Of a DNA stretch of 64,000 nt, positions 39,639-49,587 are shown one piece after another; the stretch's first letter is position 1; each line of letters opens with the position of its first letter. The position numbers and the translations under genes were made by a program. The stretch spans positions 864,001 through 928,000 of the forward strand of contig CAWBEI010000002.1 of the NCBI GenBank assembly GCA_963787835.1, written 5' to 3'. Under the pieces are notes generated by a model. That model did no database searches, was not told the DNA's origin, and saw only the letters and a list, made by a program, of their open reading frames with translations. Source of the stretch: Ignavibacteriota bacterium (GTDB lineage Bacteria; Bacteroidota; Ignavibacteria; Palsa-1295).

Positions 39639-40391
39639 TTATTGAAGAATAATATCATGGCTATCGTTGGTATAGGTTACCATGATATAGTTATCCCCAT
39701 TGGTGGCCCGTCCAATTTTATACACGCCCCGTGAAACAGAAATAGTGGCGTGTCCTTTCGGAATTAGCGAGAGACTGGAAGACGGAATAACATACGTACC
39801 CGCTGAACCTGAAATTTCATCCGAATAGCCTTGACCACCTCCGTATGGAATAACTATTAATAATGTCGTTTCAGCACTATTACCGGCATTCCACGTAATA
39901 GTGAGGTTAGAATCCTCGCTTACGTACGAAACATTTGCTGGAGAGGATATAGATAGTGAATCGAATGGCCCTTGAAGCGAATCGCTGATTGCCGGGACGG
40001 AGCCCGAGCCCTGAACATTCCAATATTGACAGGACCCGTTGAGATAAACCGGTGGCCCAGGAAGTAAATAATTCCCGGAATCGATCGACATAGTCACATC
40101 GTTGAATTTTACTGTGCCTGCATTGTACCAGTAGGAGGCGGCGCTATCTCCAAATAATGCCGAAGCATAAGAGACGGTTGGCCAATTGAGGGTATCGGTG
40201 TGCCCACTGATGATCGTATCGAAACCTTCTGCTTTTGCAACCGATGCGATCATGGAGTAATTCACCGGTGTGTCGAGCGTGATGATACCGTAGGTGAACT
40301 TTCCTGTTGCTTTTGTTAATGGACCCTGAGGAGTGGAGCAAGACATGAGCACAAACGGGATACCCATGAGAAGAATAAAAGTCTTAATCAT
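39639..40391 (-). CDS. Hypothetical lipoprotein
   Basis: Lipobox LMSC after a hydrophobic stretch; beta-rich sequence. Confidence 0.7.
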   Translation of the reverse strand: MIKTFILLMGIPFVLMSCSTPQGPLTKATGKFTYGIITLDTPVNYSMIASVAKAEGFDTIISGHTDTLNWPTVSYASALFGDSAASYWYNAGTVKFNDVTMSIDSGNYLLPGPPVYLNGSCQYWNVQGSGSVPAISDSLQGPFDSLSISSPANVSYVSEDSNLTITWNAGNSAETTLLIVIPYGGGQGYSDEISGSAGTYVIPSSSLSLIPKGHATISVSRGVYKIGRATNGDNYIMVTYTNDSHDIILQ

Positions 40392-40658
40392 GATTTTTCG
40401 AAATTAAGAGTTAAAAATGCAAGCATTTTATCTAGAGCCCCGAATAGAACGAGACTAAGTCAATTTTCCACCCACATAAGTCAGTTACAAAACAGGGAAA
40501 AATGTAAATACAATTACTATTAGAATTCCACTAGTGTTCCAGTAAAATAAATTCATACTCGGAACTTGCCCTCATATGGAGTAATCTCCGTTTTTTTGCA
40601 CCAAATGATAATATTTACACTTTCACAATATTTTTGAGTTTGTTGATGAACGGAATAA

Positions 40659-41522
40659 TTATCCTCGAGCAATTCTAGAAATGAGTTTATCAACGTAACT
40701 TTGATGCTCCGGGGAAACCGCTTGTTCGACTTTTTTAAGCTGGGCACCGGTCAGCCCAAAGCGGCGCTCGCGAGTTTGGTATTCGCGAATGGCATCATAC
40801 AGATGTTCACGGCGGAAATCCGGCCAGAGGGTTTTCGTTACATGGATCTCGCTGTAAGCGAGTTCCCACAGCAGGAAATTCGAAAGCCGCATTTCGCCGG
40901 ATGTGCGCACAAGCAGATCGGGATCGGGTATTTCGGCAGTCGTTAGTGCAGCGCGGATGGTTTCTTCGGAAATATCTTCCGGCGAGATCTTTCCACTACG
41001 AACATCGAGCGCAATGGCCTGCATGGCATGGATCAAGTCCCAGCGTCCGGAATAACTTAGTGCAAGCGTGAGGGTTAATCCCTTATTTTTCGATGTGCGC
41101 TCGATGGCGTCCGTTAGTTCTTGCTGCACTTGCTTCGGTAGCAGGCTCGTTTGTCCGATCGTTTTGAGCCGCACCCCATTCTCCAACATTTCCGCCATCT
41201 CATCGCGCAGCATTTTGATGAGAAGTCGAAAGAGCATAGACACTTCGCGCTTCGGCCGTTTCCAATTCTCGGTCGAGAAGGCATAGACCGTTAGGTAGCC
41301 GATACCAAGTTCCCTGGAGGAACGCGTCACATCACGAAGGCTCGCAATGCCGGCTTGGTGCCCGGCGGCGCGCGGCAAACCGCGTTCCTCCGCCCAGCGA
41401 CCGTTGCCATCCATAATGACGGCAATATGTCGCGGCAACTTACCCTGTGCGCGTAGTTCAAGCTGGACGCGCTTGTCGTCTTCCGTTTGCTGGTATTTAT
41501 CCGGGCCGAGGAATTTACGCAT
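40659..41522 (-). CDS. uppS: Undecaprenyl diphosphate synthase (isoprenyl transferase)
   Basis: HIAVIMDGNGRWA, YAFSTENWKRP, RTSGEMRLSNFLLW, ERRFG. Confidence 0.96.
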   Translation of the reverse strand: MRKFLGPDKYQQTEDDKRVQLELRAQGKLPRHIAVIMDGNGRWAEERGLPRAAGHQAGIASLRDVTRSSRELGIGYLTVYAFSTENWKRPKREVSMLFRLLIKMLRDEMAEMLENGVRLKTIGQTSLLPKQVQQELTDAIERTSKNKGLTLTLALSYSGRWDLIHAMQAIALDVRSGKISPEDISEETIRAALTTAEIPDPDLLVRTSGEMRLSNFLLWELAYSEIHVTKTLWPDFRREHLYDAIREYQTRERRFGLTGAQLKKVEQAVSPEHQSYVDKLISRIARG

Positions 41523-42889
41523 TATCCAATCAAAGCCGATGCTTCCGAAATAAGTTCTTCCGCTTCCTCCTTTGTCGGTGCCTCCGCAATGATCCGAATG
41601 ATCGGTTCCGTGTTACTCGCGCGCGCGTGCAGCCATGATTTTTCGAAATCGATGCGAATTCCATCCTCACGATTGATAGATTTCGCTTTGCTTGATAACT
41701 TTTTCTCTATGGCTGAAAGTATTTCTCTAACTTGCTCCTGACTCTTCAACTCGATTTTCGATTTTACGATCTCATACTGTGGTAGCTCTTTTCGTTTCGC
41801 GGAAATGGGGCCGCCGAATTCGGCAAGAGCAGAAAGGCACAGCGCAACACCGACCAACGAATCACGTCCTGTATGCACCATCGGCAGGATCACCCCGCCG
41901 GAGCCTTCGCCGCCAATGATCGCATTCGATTCGAGCATCTTCTTTGCCACGTTGATCTCGCCGACCGCAGTGCGAAGAACTTTCGCGCCATGCTTTTCTG
42001 CAATGTCTTCTATGGCTCGCGTTGTAGAGAGATTAACAACAACGCACTGTCCACGCTGGGAATGCTTCAGCACGTGCTCTGCTGCAAGCACGATCGTATT
42101 TTCTTCAATGAACGGCTCGCCATTTTCCATGATGAGCACAAGCCTGTCTGCATCGGGGTCAACAACAATTCCCAGATCGGCTTTCTCTCGCAATATTGCT
42201 TCTTTCAGAGAGGTGAGATTTTCCGGAACCGGCTCTGGGCGGTGAGGAAATATTCCGGAACCATCGCAATGCAGTTCTATCACATCTGCCAATCCAAGGC
42301 TATGAAGCAATCTTGGATGGATGAACGAGCCGGATGCATTCACGCAATCCAGAACTACTCGAAAATTGCGTTCTGCAATTTTCGCACGATCGACAAATGG
42401 AATATCGAGCACCGCCTGAATATGCTGCTCGACGAAATCCCGGCCATCGATCACCTCACCATACTCTTCCGGTGGCACCGACTGCGTGTCGCCTGAATCA
42501 ACAATATCCCAAAGAACTTTATTTTGCTCCGCATCGAGAAAAAGCCCCGTTTCTGCGATGAACTTCATACCGTTCCACTCGCCGGGGTTATGGCTTGCCG
42601 TGATGATAATGCCACCAACAACTTCCGGTTTCACTTCCGCCGCCATCATGACGGTCGGCGTTGGAACCATACCAAGCGCTAGAACATCGCATCCGCTCGT
42701 TACAAGTGCATCGATCGCGATCTCATAGAAGCGATCGCCACCTAAGCGGCCATCGTACCCGATTGCGAATGTTCCCTTGAAATCGTTATATCGCGCAAAG
42801 CTTGAGGCATAGCGCGCTATGATCTCGGCAGAAAGTCCGTCGGGTGCGCCTACAATACCGCGAAGTCCGGAAATAGAGCGTATTAACAA
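41522..42889 (-). CDS. glmM: Phosphoglucosamine mutase
   Basis: SISGLRG, TASHNP, DPDADR, GGEGSGG, RASNTEP; TTG start preceded by an in-frame stop. Confidence 0.88.
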   Translation of the reverse strand: MLIRSISGLRGIVGAPDGLSAEIIARYASSFARYNDFKGTFAIGYDGRLGGDRFYEIAIDALVTSGCDVLALGMVPTPTVMMAAEVKPEVVGGIIITASHNPGEWNGMKFIAETGLFLDAEQNKVLWDIVDSGDTQSVPPEEYGEVIDGRDFVEQHIQAVLDIPFVDRAKIAERNFRVVLDCVNASGSFIHPRLLHSLGLADVIELHCDGSGIFPHRPEPVPENLTSLKEAILREKADLGIVVDPDADRLVLIMENGEPFIEENTIVLAAEHVLKHSQRGQCVVVNLSTTRAIEDIAEKHGAKVLRTAVGEINVAKKMLESNAIIGGEGSGGVILPMVHTGRDSLVGVALCLSALAEFGGPISAKRKELPQYEIVKSKIELKSQEQVREILSAIEKKLSSKAKSINREDGIRIDFEKSWLHARASNTEPIIRIIAEAPTKEEAEELISEASALIG

Positions 42890-42965
42890 TTATGAATGAT
42901 GAATTATGAATGATGAAAGGTGAAAACCAATTTCCTTCATAATTCATCATTCATAATTCATAATT
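42888..42965. repeat. Heptamer-periodic (TATGAAT/GATGAAT) inverted repeat filling the floA-glmM gap
   Basis: AATTATGAATGATGAATTATGAATGATGAA...TTCATAATTCATCATTCATAATTCATAATT. Confidence 0.8.
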
Positions 42966-42970
42966 TTTTC

Positions 42971-43987
42971 TCACGAACTCGTTTGTGTCGCCCCGGCCGC
43001 TGGCGTGGAACCCGAATCCGGAGCGCCGCCTTCGGCGATGGATTTACGCATGTTCGTATCGGACTGCAAATTTTGCAGATTGTAGTAATCCAGCACGCCG
43101 AGATGTCCGGAACGGAATGCTTCGGCGATCGCCATCGGAATTTGGGATTCCGCTTCGACAAGCTTGGCTCGCATTTCCTGCACACGAGCTTTCATTTCCT
43201 GCTCCGTTGCGACGGCGGCGGCACGGCGTTCTTCGGCTTTCGCTCGTGCGATCTTCAATTCTGCTTCAGCCTGATCGCTTTGAAGTTTGGCGCCGATATT
43301 ATCGCCGATGAAGACGTCGGCAATATCGATGGAAAGAATTTCGAAAGCCGTTCCTGCATCCAATCCTTTGTCAAGAACTACTTTCGAAATGCGGTCGGGA
43401 CGCTCCAGCACTTCCTTGTGCGATTCGGATGTACCGATCGTCGTAACGATACCCTCACCAACGCGCGCTAAGATCGTCGCTTCACCGGCACCGCCGACAA
43501 GCCGCTCGATATTGGCACGGATCGTAACGCGCGCTACGACACGCACTTGAATTCCATTTTTCGCCACTGCGGGAACCTGTGGCGTTTCGATCACTTTCGG
43601 TGTGACCGATAGCTTGACTGCTTCGAGCACATCGCGGCCAGCAAGATCGATCGCGGCAGCGCGGTTGAAATCCAGCTCGATATTTGCTTTTGCCGCGCTG
43701 ATGAGCGCGTTGACCACGCGTGGAACGTTACCGCCTGCCAGGTAATGTGCTTCCAGCTTCGGCAGATCGACCGGAATTCCGGCTTTCAGCGCCGTGATCT
43801 TCGATCGCACGATCACATCCGGTGGAACTTTGCGAAGGCGCATCCCGACCAAGTCCGAAAAGATCCGAACGTGAACGCCCGACGATAATGCCGTGATCCA
43901 AAGACCAAGCGGAATAAAATAGAGGAAGAGTATGAGGAAAAATAATATTCCTACGACTACGACTATCGGGATTGCTGCTGCGCCCAT
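42971..43987 (-). CDS. floA: Flotillin-like protein FloA (YqfA/UPF0365)
   Basis: [47 protein letters not shown]. Confidence 0.93.
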   Translation of the reverse strand: MGAAAIPIVVVVGILFFLILFLYFIPLGLWITALSSGVHVRIFSDLVGMRLRKVPPDVIVRSKITALKAGIPVDLPKLEAHYLAGGNVPRVVNALISAAKANIELDFNRAAAIDLAGRDVLEAVKLSVTPKVIETPQVPAVAKNGIQVRVVARVTIRANIERLVGGAGEATILARVGEGIVTTIGTSESHKEVLERPDRISKVVLDKGLDAGTAFEILSIDIADVFIGDNIGAKLQSDQAEAELKIARAKAEERRAAAVATEQEMKARVQEMRAKLVEAESQIPMAIAEAFRSGHLGVLDYYNLQNLQSDTNMRKSIAEGGAPDSGSTPAAGATQTSS

Positions 43988-44258
43988 AATGTTTTGCTAT
44001 AAGAGTGCTGATTTGCTTTATTAACCTGCCACAAAAATACGCCACTGATTAGACCCATCCTCGAATTCTTCTCTTTTAACTTTTCAATCTTCTATTTTAC
44101 ACCTTTCCTTGTGACAAAGCGCCACATTCATGCACCCCAATCTCACCAAATATTTCTGAGTATTCATGAATTCGGTAAATTTTCACTACAGAGCGAGACC
44201 TTTCTCTTTCTATCGCCTTGTTTTCCCCATAAAGATTTAATATTGATTTCTTAAAATT

Positions 44259-44415
44259 GTGGAAACGGATCGCGAAAAAATACGCTTATCCATTAGGGAT
44301 CTTCCGGTTATAGTGGATGAACGAACGTCCTTACCGGGTAGATTCTTAATAGGGCAAATAAAAACAAGAGCTCCGCAGCGCTGCCTTCTTTTCTCGGCAC
44401 GCTGCGGTTTTTTTT
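44259..44415 (+). ncRNA. Candidate small RNA (rod hairpin flanked by A-rich strands, then terminator; 6S-like architecture)
   Basis: ATTAGGGATCT/AGATTCTTAAT, TCCGGT/ACCGGG and GGATG/CGTCC stems with G-U pairs on the plus strand; no ORF. Confidence 0.4.
44373..44415 (+). terminator. Intrinsic terminator with no upstream plus-strand CDS
   Basis: CCGCAGCG-CTGCC...GGCA-CGCTGCGG followed by T8. Confidence 0.7.
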
Positions 44416-44428
44416 GTGTATTCTAAAG

Positions 44429-44494
44429 CGTAGGTCGGAGCTTCCAGCCCGACCTTCCCAGCAGTAAGTGTCGGGCTGGAAGCTCCGACCTACG
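44429..44494. repeat. GTAG-type REP doublet, family C
   Basis: CGTAGGTCGGAGCTTCCAGCCCGAC and its exact 25-bp reverse complement. Confidence 0.88.
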
Positions 44495-44504
44495 GAAGCA
44501 CACT

Positions 44505-45461
44505 CTACTGCTTTGGTTTTACAAAGAACGAGACCGTGTCTATCGCGGCGCTGCCGAAGATGCCAATACCGCCATTGATGTGATTGAGCGAGGGTTGAAA
44601 ATCCGTGCCGCCGGAGAGCTGCCGCTGATAATCTGCGAAATTCGTATCGATCGCGTAGAATGTCACAAGGTTTGGGCCATACCAGACGAAAAATCGTGAG
44701 GTGATCGCGATAGCGGGTCCGGTCGAGATCTGCGAGTAGCGGGTCGTCTCGACGGCACTATCGCCGCCAACATGGATTCTCCCTACATTGGTATCGAGCG
44801 CGGTAACGCTGAGGAGATATTCACGCGAGGGATTATCAACAGGTCCGGCCGTTGCGAGAAAAGCAAATGCGGCGAGATTGTTGGTATCGAGCGTCAACGT
44901 CTGGCCTCGAATGGAATCGGCAAACGATGCAAGATGGATCGGCATGGGAACGGTTGTCGTCGCCGTTGCGAAATGTGTTCCACCCGTCTGTTCATCCGGC
45001 GCGATAACAGTGAGGTTGTAGGTCTGCCCACCCTGCACGATAAGCTTGCTCGCGGGAAGGTAATAGCGTCCTTTTAAACTTGCGGGCAACAGCGTATCGG
45101 CCACACCATTATTAGTAACGATAACGGTTGCGCCAGTGATGGCATACTCAAGATCGTTGAAGGTATCGCCGAACGGCGTAGTGCGGTGCAGTACGATGGA
45201 ATCGATCGGGTGATTTGCGAACAGGAATGTATTGATGACCAATTGCTCGGAATATTGGCTTTCGATAGGTTGATCGCAGCCGGCCCAGATCGCACCTAAT
45301 ATTGTCATTGCGAGGAGAAACTTCAATGGCGATAGCCATTGAAGTTTCGACGAAGCAATCTCTTGCGTTCGACCAAGGGATTGCTTCGTCGAACATTCCG
45401 AGGCGTTCGCCTCGGAATGTTCTCCTCGCAATGACAATCTTAAGTTAGTCCTTTTCTTCAT
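44505..45461 (-). CDS. DUF4249-like lipoprotein partner of the TonB-dependent receptor; signal peptide interrupted in frame by a family A repeat
   Basis: Lipobox WAGC; C-terminal NHINGGIGIFGS; ATG lies 1 nt after the receptor stop. Confidence 0.8.
   Translation of the reverse strand: MKKRTNLRLSLRGEHSEANASECSTKQSLGRTQEIASSKLQWLSPLKFLLAMTILGAIWAGCDQPIESQYSEQLVINTFLFANHPIDSIVLHRTTPFGDTFNDLEYAITGATVIVTNNGVADTLLPASLKGRYYLPASKLIVQGGQTYNLTVIAPDEQTGGTHFATATTTVPMPIHLASFADSIRGQTLTLDTNNLAAFAFLATAGPVDNPSREYLLSVTALDTNVGRIHVGGDSAVETTRYSQISTGPAIAITSRFFVWYGPNLVTFYAIDTNFADYQRQLSGGTDFQPSLNHINGGIGIFGSAAIDTVSFFVKPKQ
45301..45438. repeat. Cruciform palindromic element, family A, copy 2 (coding)
   Basis: ATTGTCATTGCGAGGAGA...TCTCCTCGCAATGACAAT; 138 bp, a multiple of 3. 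Confidence 0.9.
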
Positions 45462-45462
45462 T

Positions 45463-47796
45463 TCAAAAACTCACCGATATTCCAAACGTTGGCAGGATCG
45501 GCAGCAATTTCACATACGTAATCGTCGCCGGATTCGTGTCCTGATCCACTTCGGAGATCCACACATTGCGGTGATCGTATGCATTAAAAATATCGAAATC
45601 GAATTCGGCATTGCGTTTGTCAGAAAAGAATCCGAACGAATACGTTGCCGAAAGATCGAGCCTGTTATACGGCGGCAGCCGAAGCGCGTTCATGTTGCCA
45701 TCGATCGGAATGCCGCGGGTTTCATCTTCGGCATTCGGAGCGAGCGCCGTGATCTGTGTGTACGCCTGTCCCGTGCCATAGGTAAACGTAGCTCCGATCG
45801 TCCAGCGGTCATTCAGGTGATAGGTCGCCACAAGATCGAAATCGTTTCGGCGGTCGTAGGTTGGCGGAAACGGCTGTCCGTTGTCGATCTGCGGGAATGT
45901 GCGCCACGTCCAGGCAAGCGTGTAGCCGATCCATCCGGTGATGCGCCCGACCTGTTTTTGGAGAAAGAACTCTACGCCATACGCGGTACCATTCCCCACA
46001 AAGAAAATATCATTGAGCGTCGAGCCGGTTCTGACATTTGGCTGCAACTCGACAAGGTTTTTCATGTCCTTATAATATCCTTCCACATCGAAGGTATAAT
46101 TCTCGAACGGCACGGTGGAAACACCGGCCACATATTGATAGCATTTCTCCGGCGGCTGAGTGTTATCGTCCGGCAGCCAAATATCGAAGATGGGAATGAT
46201 GTCGTTCGTGGCTAATTTCAGATACTGATGATAAATTCCCGCACTGGCCTTTAGCGTGATCGCCGGCGTAAGGATATACCGCGCAGAAAGGCGCGGATCG
46301 ATCCCGATCTCCGGATTCGAACTGATGCCATCGACGCGCAGACCGCCTGTGATCGCCAGCGGGTCTTCCACATAGCCTTTCATGGCTGGCTTCCATTCAT
46401 CCTGAATATAGGCTGCCCCATAGAACGGCGTAGTATCGACGTTCGCATTGGGCGGATTCGTTCCAGCCTGAATGAGGAGCGTGGTATGATATAAGGTCCC
46501 CTGAAGCCCTGCCTTGATCGTGTTTTCTGGATCGGGGAAGTAATCGACACTGGCGCGAGCCGTGTAGTCATCGATGGCATTCGTCCAGGTGAAAGGCTGC
46601 GCCGAGGACCCAATGGTAAACGCGGAATTAAAATTACTGGCGGAGAGATCGAAATTGGTGAACAGCTCACTGCCAAAGACGTGCGTCCACTCTGCACCGG
46701 CAGCTCGATTGCCGTATTGTAACCCTATGTTATTGACTGCGCTGTTCGCCGAATAATTCAAATTATCCGAACCATAATACCCCGAGAGCACGATCTTATC
46801 GTTCGGAGAAGGATTTTGTGTGAGCTTCCCGTTCAGATCGTAGAAATAATAATCCGGAAGTCCGAGCGATTTGGTGAGGCCGGTGGCGTTGAGCAAAGCA
46901 TCGATATACGTTCTGCGTCCGGCAAGCACAAGCGCACCAGAGCCAACGGGGGTTTGGATCGTCGCACTGCTTGAAATAAGGCCAAGATCAACTTTGCCCT
47001 GTGTTTGATTGCGATCCCCTTCAATATCCGTCACATTCAGGACTGCTGAAAGCCTCCCGCCATACTCTGCCGGAAATCCGCCCTTGATAAGCTCCACATC
47101 TTTAATAGCATCGGGATTGAACGTCGAGAAAAAGCCGAAGAAATGGGAAGGATTATAAAGCACGCTGCCATCGAGCATGATGAGATTTTGGTCTGGCGAA
47201 CCACCGCGAATATACAACCCACTCGATATTTCGCTCGAGGTTTGCACCCCTGGAAGGAATTGCAGAATGCGAAACAGATCGCCCTGCCCAATCTTTGGCA
47301 GATCCTCAACTTGTTTCGGAGTGAGAGATACTCGCGAAACTTGTGGCTCCTGGCGCTCGCGTTCCTCCGAACTTTGAATCGTGATCTCTTCGCCGGTCAT
47401 GCTTTGCACGACGAGCAAAATGGTCATCTTCCGCTCTTCGCCGGATTGAAGCGAGATCGGGATCTTCAATGTGCGATACCCGAGTGAGGAAACCTCAACA
47501 GTATCGCGCTGGCCGCTCGGAAGATGAAGGGAAAAGAATCCACTTTTATTGGTGACCGCGCCAAGTTTTAGCGCGCGTACACGGACGGTTGCACCGGGAA
47601 GTGTCTCGCCAGAGGCTGAATCCTTGACAAACCCGGAGATAATGCCGGAAGTTGAGTCAGGTGCTATCAACTTAGGATGACCGCGCAATACGGATGCACG
47701 CCCATGCTGCGAATGCACGAGCAATAGCAAAACTACGAACGGCAAGATAGACCTGCGTATCAACGGATGGTTTTTGTGAGAGGTAATTGGCTTCAA
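45463..47796 (-). CDS. TonB-dependent receptor with N-terminal carboxypeptidase-regulatory-like domain
   Basis: ISGFVKDSASGETLPGATV, LPGV...YIRGGSPDQNL, GGFPAEYGGRLS, terminal F. Confidence 0.93.
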   Translation of the reverse strand: MKPITSHKNHPLIRRSILPFVVLLLLVHSQHGRASVLRGHPKLIAPDSTSGIISGFVKDSASGETLPGATVRVRALKLGAVTNKSGFFSLHLPSGQRDTVEVSSLGYRTLKIPISLQSGEERKMTILLVVQSMTGEEITIQSSEERERQEPQVSRVSLTPKQVEDLPKIGQGDLFRILQFLPGVQTSSEISSGLYIRGGSPDQNLIMLDGSVLYNPSHFFGFFSTFNPDAIKDVELIKGGFPAEYGGRLSAVLNVTDIEGDRNQTQGKVDLGLISSSATIQTPVGSGALVLAGRRTYIDALLNATGLTKSLGLPDYYFYDLNGKLTQNPSPNDKIVLSGYYGSDNLNYSANSAVNNIGLQYGNRAAGAEWTHVFGSELFTNFDLSASNFNSAFTIGSSAQPFTWTNAIDDYTARASVDYFPDPENTIKAGLQGTLYHTTLLIQAGTNPPNANVDTTPFYGAAYIQDEWKPAMKGYVEDPLAITGGLRVDGISSNPEIGIDPRLSARYILTPAITLKASAGIYHQYLKLATNDIIPIFDIWLPDDNTQPPEKCYQYVAGVSTVPFENYTFDVEGYYKDMKNLVELQPNVRTGSTLNDIFFVGNGTAYGVEFFLQKQVGRITGWIGYTLAWTWRTFPQIDNGQPFPPTYDRRNDFDLVATYHLNDRWTIGATFTYGTGQAYTQITALAPNAEDETRGIPIDGNMNALRLPPYNRLDLSATYSFGFFSDKRNAEFDFDIFNAYDHRNVWISEVDQDTNPATITYVKLLPILPTFGISVSF

Positions 47797-47848
47797 ACGC
47801 TCGCCGAAGACGAGACAACCATTAGTTTATTGTAATCGGATCGTCCTG

Positions 47849-47885
47849 TTCCTCTCCCCACCATGGGGAGAGGTTAGGTGAGGGG
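47849..47885. repeat. CCTCTCCCC-type palindromic element, family F, overlapping the suhB stop
   Basis: CCTCTCCCCACCATGGGGAGAGGTTAGGTGAGGGG; matches 49641..49674. Confidence 0.85.
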
Positions 47886-48737
47886 GTGATCTTTCCTTAC
47901 TTCCTGAATGATCCCCTCGATCATCGCATGATGCAAGCCGTTCGTGGCAATGATGGATTTGCGGTAGATATTATAGTCGCTGCCATCGTAATGTGTCACC
48001 CGGCCGCCGGCTTCGCGGACCATGAGCTGACCTGCCGACGTATCCCACGGTGAAAGTCCGATCTCCCAGAATCCCTCGAAGCGTCCAGCAGCAACATACG
48101 CCAAGTCGAGCGCGGCGCTGCCTAACCGGCGAATGAGCATTCCCTTATGAAGAAAATTCGTGAATTGCTCGATGACGGACTCCGGATTTTCATCGACATT
48201 ATATGGGAACCCAGTTACGAACAGTCCCTGCTTGTATTTGGCTTGCTTCGAAACCTGCATTCGTGTGCCATTGAGATACGCTCCCTGGCCGCGACGTACT
48301 GAAAACATTTCGTTCAAATTCGGATTGTAGATCACTCCGCATTCCACGATGCCATCTACTTCAACCCCGACGGATACGCACCATATTGGCACGCCGTGCG
48401 CAAAATTGACGGTGCCATCGATGGGATCGATGATCCACCTTACCGTAGGAACCACCCCCCGCATCGTCGGCGATGCTCCCCCCCCTTCTTTAGGAGGGGG
48501 AGTAGTATCACTAGCGCCTAATTCTTCGCCGAGAAACACATGATCGGGATAGTGGGCAAGCACTGTATCGCGTATCGTATGCTCGTTGCGAGAATCGATC
48601 TGCGTGACGATATCCATTTCATTGGTCTTCGTTGAGATCTGTAGGTCGCTGACTATGGCTCGGTGCGCATAGTCGCCAGCTTCGCGGGCAACTTGTTTGG
48701 CAAGGTCGAAGTAGGATTGAATTGAGTCGTTAGCCAT
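47874..48737 (-). CDS. suhB: Inositol monophosphatase family protein SuhB with in-frame palindrome insertion
   Basis: GEE, WIIDPIDGTVNF, RRLGSAALDL, LSPWDTSAG. Confidence 0.9.
   Translation of the reverse strand: MANDSIQSYFDLAKQVAREAGDYAHRAIVSDLQISTKTNEMDIVTQIDSRNEHTIRDTVLAHYPDHVFLGEELGASDTTPPPKEGGGASPTMRGVVPTVRWIIDPIDGTVNFAHGVPIWCVSVGVEVDGIVECGVIYNPNLNEMFSVRRGQGAYLNGTRMQVSKQAKYKQGLFVTGFPYNVDENPESVIEQFTNFLHKGMLIRRLGSAALDLAYVAAGRFEGFWEIGLSPWDTSAGQLMVREAGGRVTHYDGSDYNIYRKSIIATNGLHHAMIEGIIQEVRKDHPLT
48451..48502 (-). repeat. Coding palindromic element (CCCCCTCCT family) inside suhB
   Basis: Minus strand CTCCCCCTCCTAAAGAAGGGGGGG..AGCATCGCCGACGATGCGGGGGGTGGT, read TPPPKEGGGASPTMRGVV. Confidence 0.88.
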
Positions 48738-48752
48738 TAAATATGTTAGTAA

Positions 48753-48883
48753 ATGTCATTGCGAGGAGAGACTGAGAGGCGATAGCCTCTCAGTCTCGAC
48801 GAAGCAATCTCTTGGTGTACTGCTTGAGATTGCTTCGTCGAACGAATCTCCCTCCGGTCGATTCGTTCTCCTCGCAATGACAT
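48753..48883. repeat. Cruciform palindromic element, family A, copy 3
   Basis: ATGTCATTGCGAGGAGA...CGACGAAGCAATCTC...GAGATTGCTTCGTCG...TCTCCTCGCAATGACAT. Confidence 0.9.
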
Positions 48884-48951
48884 GAACACTAACAACACAT
48901 TCCAAAAAATAACCCCTGATTCCGGAGCGAAGACATTCAACATTCCGTTTT

Positions 48952-49587
48952 ATGAAGATCATGCTTTCCCTCCATTCACTGCTCCTCGGCGGAATCACCG
49001 GCTACCTTATCGGCTCGATACCGTCGGCTTATCTCATCACAAAATGGAAAGCTGGGATCGATCTTCGCGAGAAGGGTTCGAAAAATATTGGTGCAAGAAA
49101 TGCCTTCGAGGTAACAGGGGATAGATCCATCGGTACGATCGTGCTGGTGATGGATCTGCTAAAGGGACTGCTTCCGGTTCTGGCCTTTGAAATGGCGGGA
49201 TCATCTGACGCGCTTGCTATCCTCATCCCCGCACTCATACTCGGACATTGCTATCCCGTTTGGCTGCGCTTTCACGGTGGAAGAGGATTGGCGACGATTG
49301 CCGGAGCATTGTTGCTTATCGACCCGGTAGCGATCGTCTTCTGGCTTTTGGTCTATTGGATTACTAACCGGATCAGCCATCATGTTCATTTTGCGACCAT
49401 CATGGCGTGTGGTGCTGCATTATTGCTTCTTATAGTATTACCTGTTCCAATATTGGAGAAAACAATATGGACGATCAATGGGCTGAAGTTCGCGGGGAGG
49501 CAATTCCAGGTGTCCGTTGGTGTTGCGGTGCTTATCATCCATTCAAGACATATCGAGCCATTTCTTGAATTGGTGAAAGGCAAATGA
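48952..49587 (+). CDS. plsY: Glycerol-3-phosphate acyltransferase PlsY
   Basis: GYLIGSIP, GSKNIGARN, DLLKG, GHCYPVWLRFHGGRG. Confidence 0.9.
   Translation: MKIMLSLHSLLLGGITGYLIGSIPSAYLITKWKAGIDLREKGSKNIGARNAFEVTGDRSIGTIVLVMDLLKGLLPVLAFEMAGSSDALAILIPALILGHCYPVWLRFHGGRGLATIAGALLLIDPVAIVFWLLVYWITNRISHHVHFATIMACGAALLLLIVLPVPILEKTIWTINGLKFAGRQFQVSVGVAVLIIHSRHIEPFLELVKGK

Noticed and set aside
48746-48998. Short ORFs across family A repeats (also 19734..19937) resembling the lipoprotein N-terminus
   Set aside because: Similarity (SLRG..STKQS..EIASS) simply reflects translation of the same repeat; no independent gene evidence
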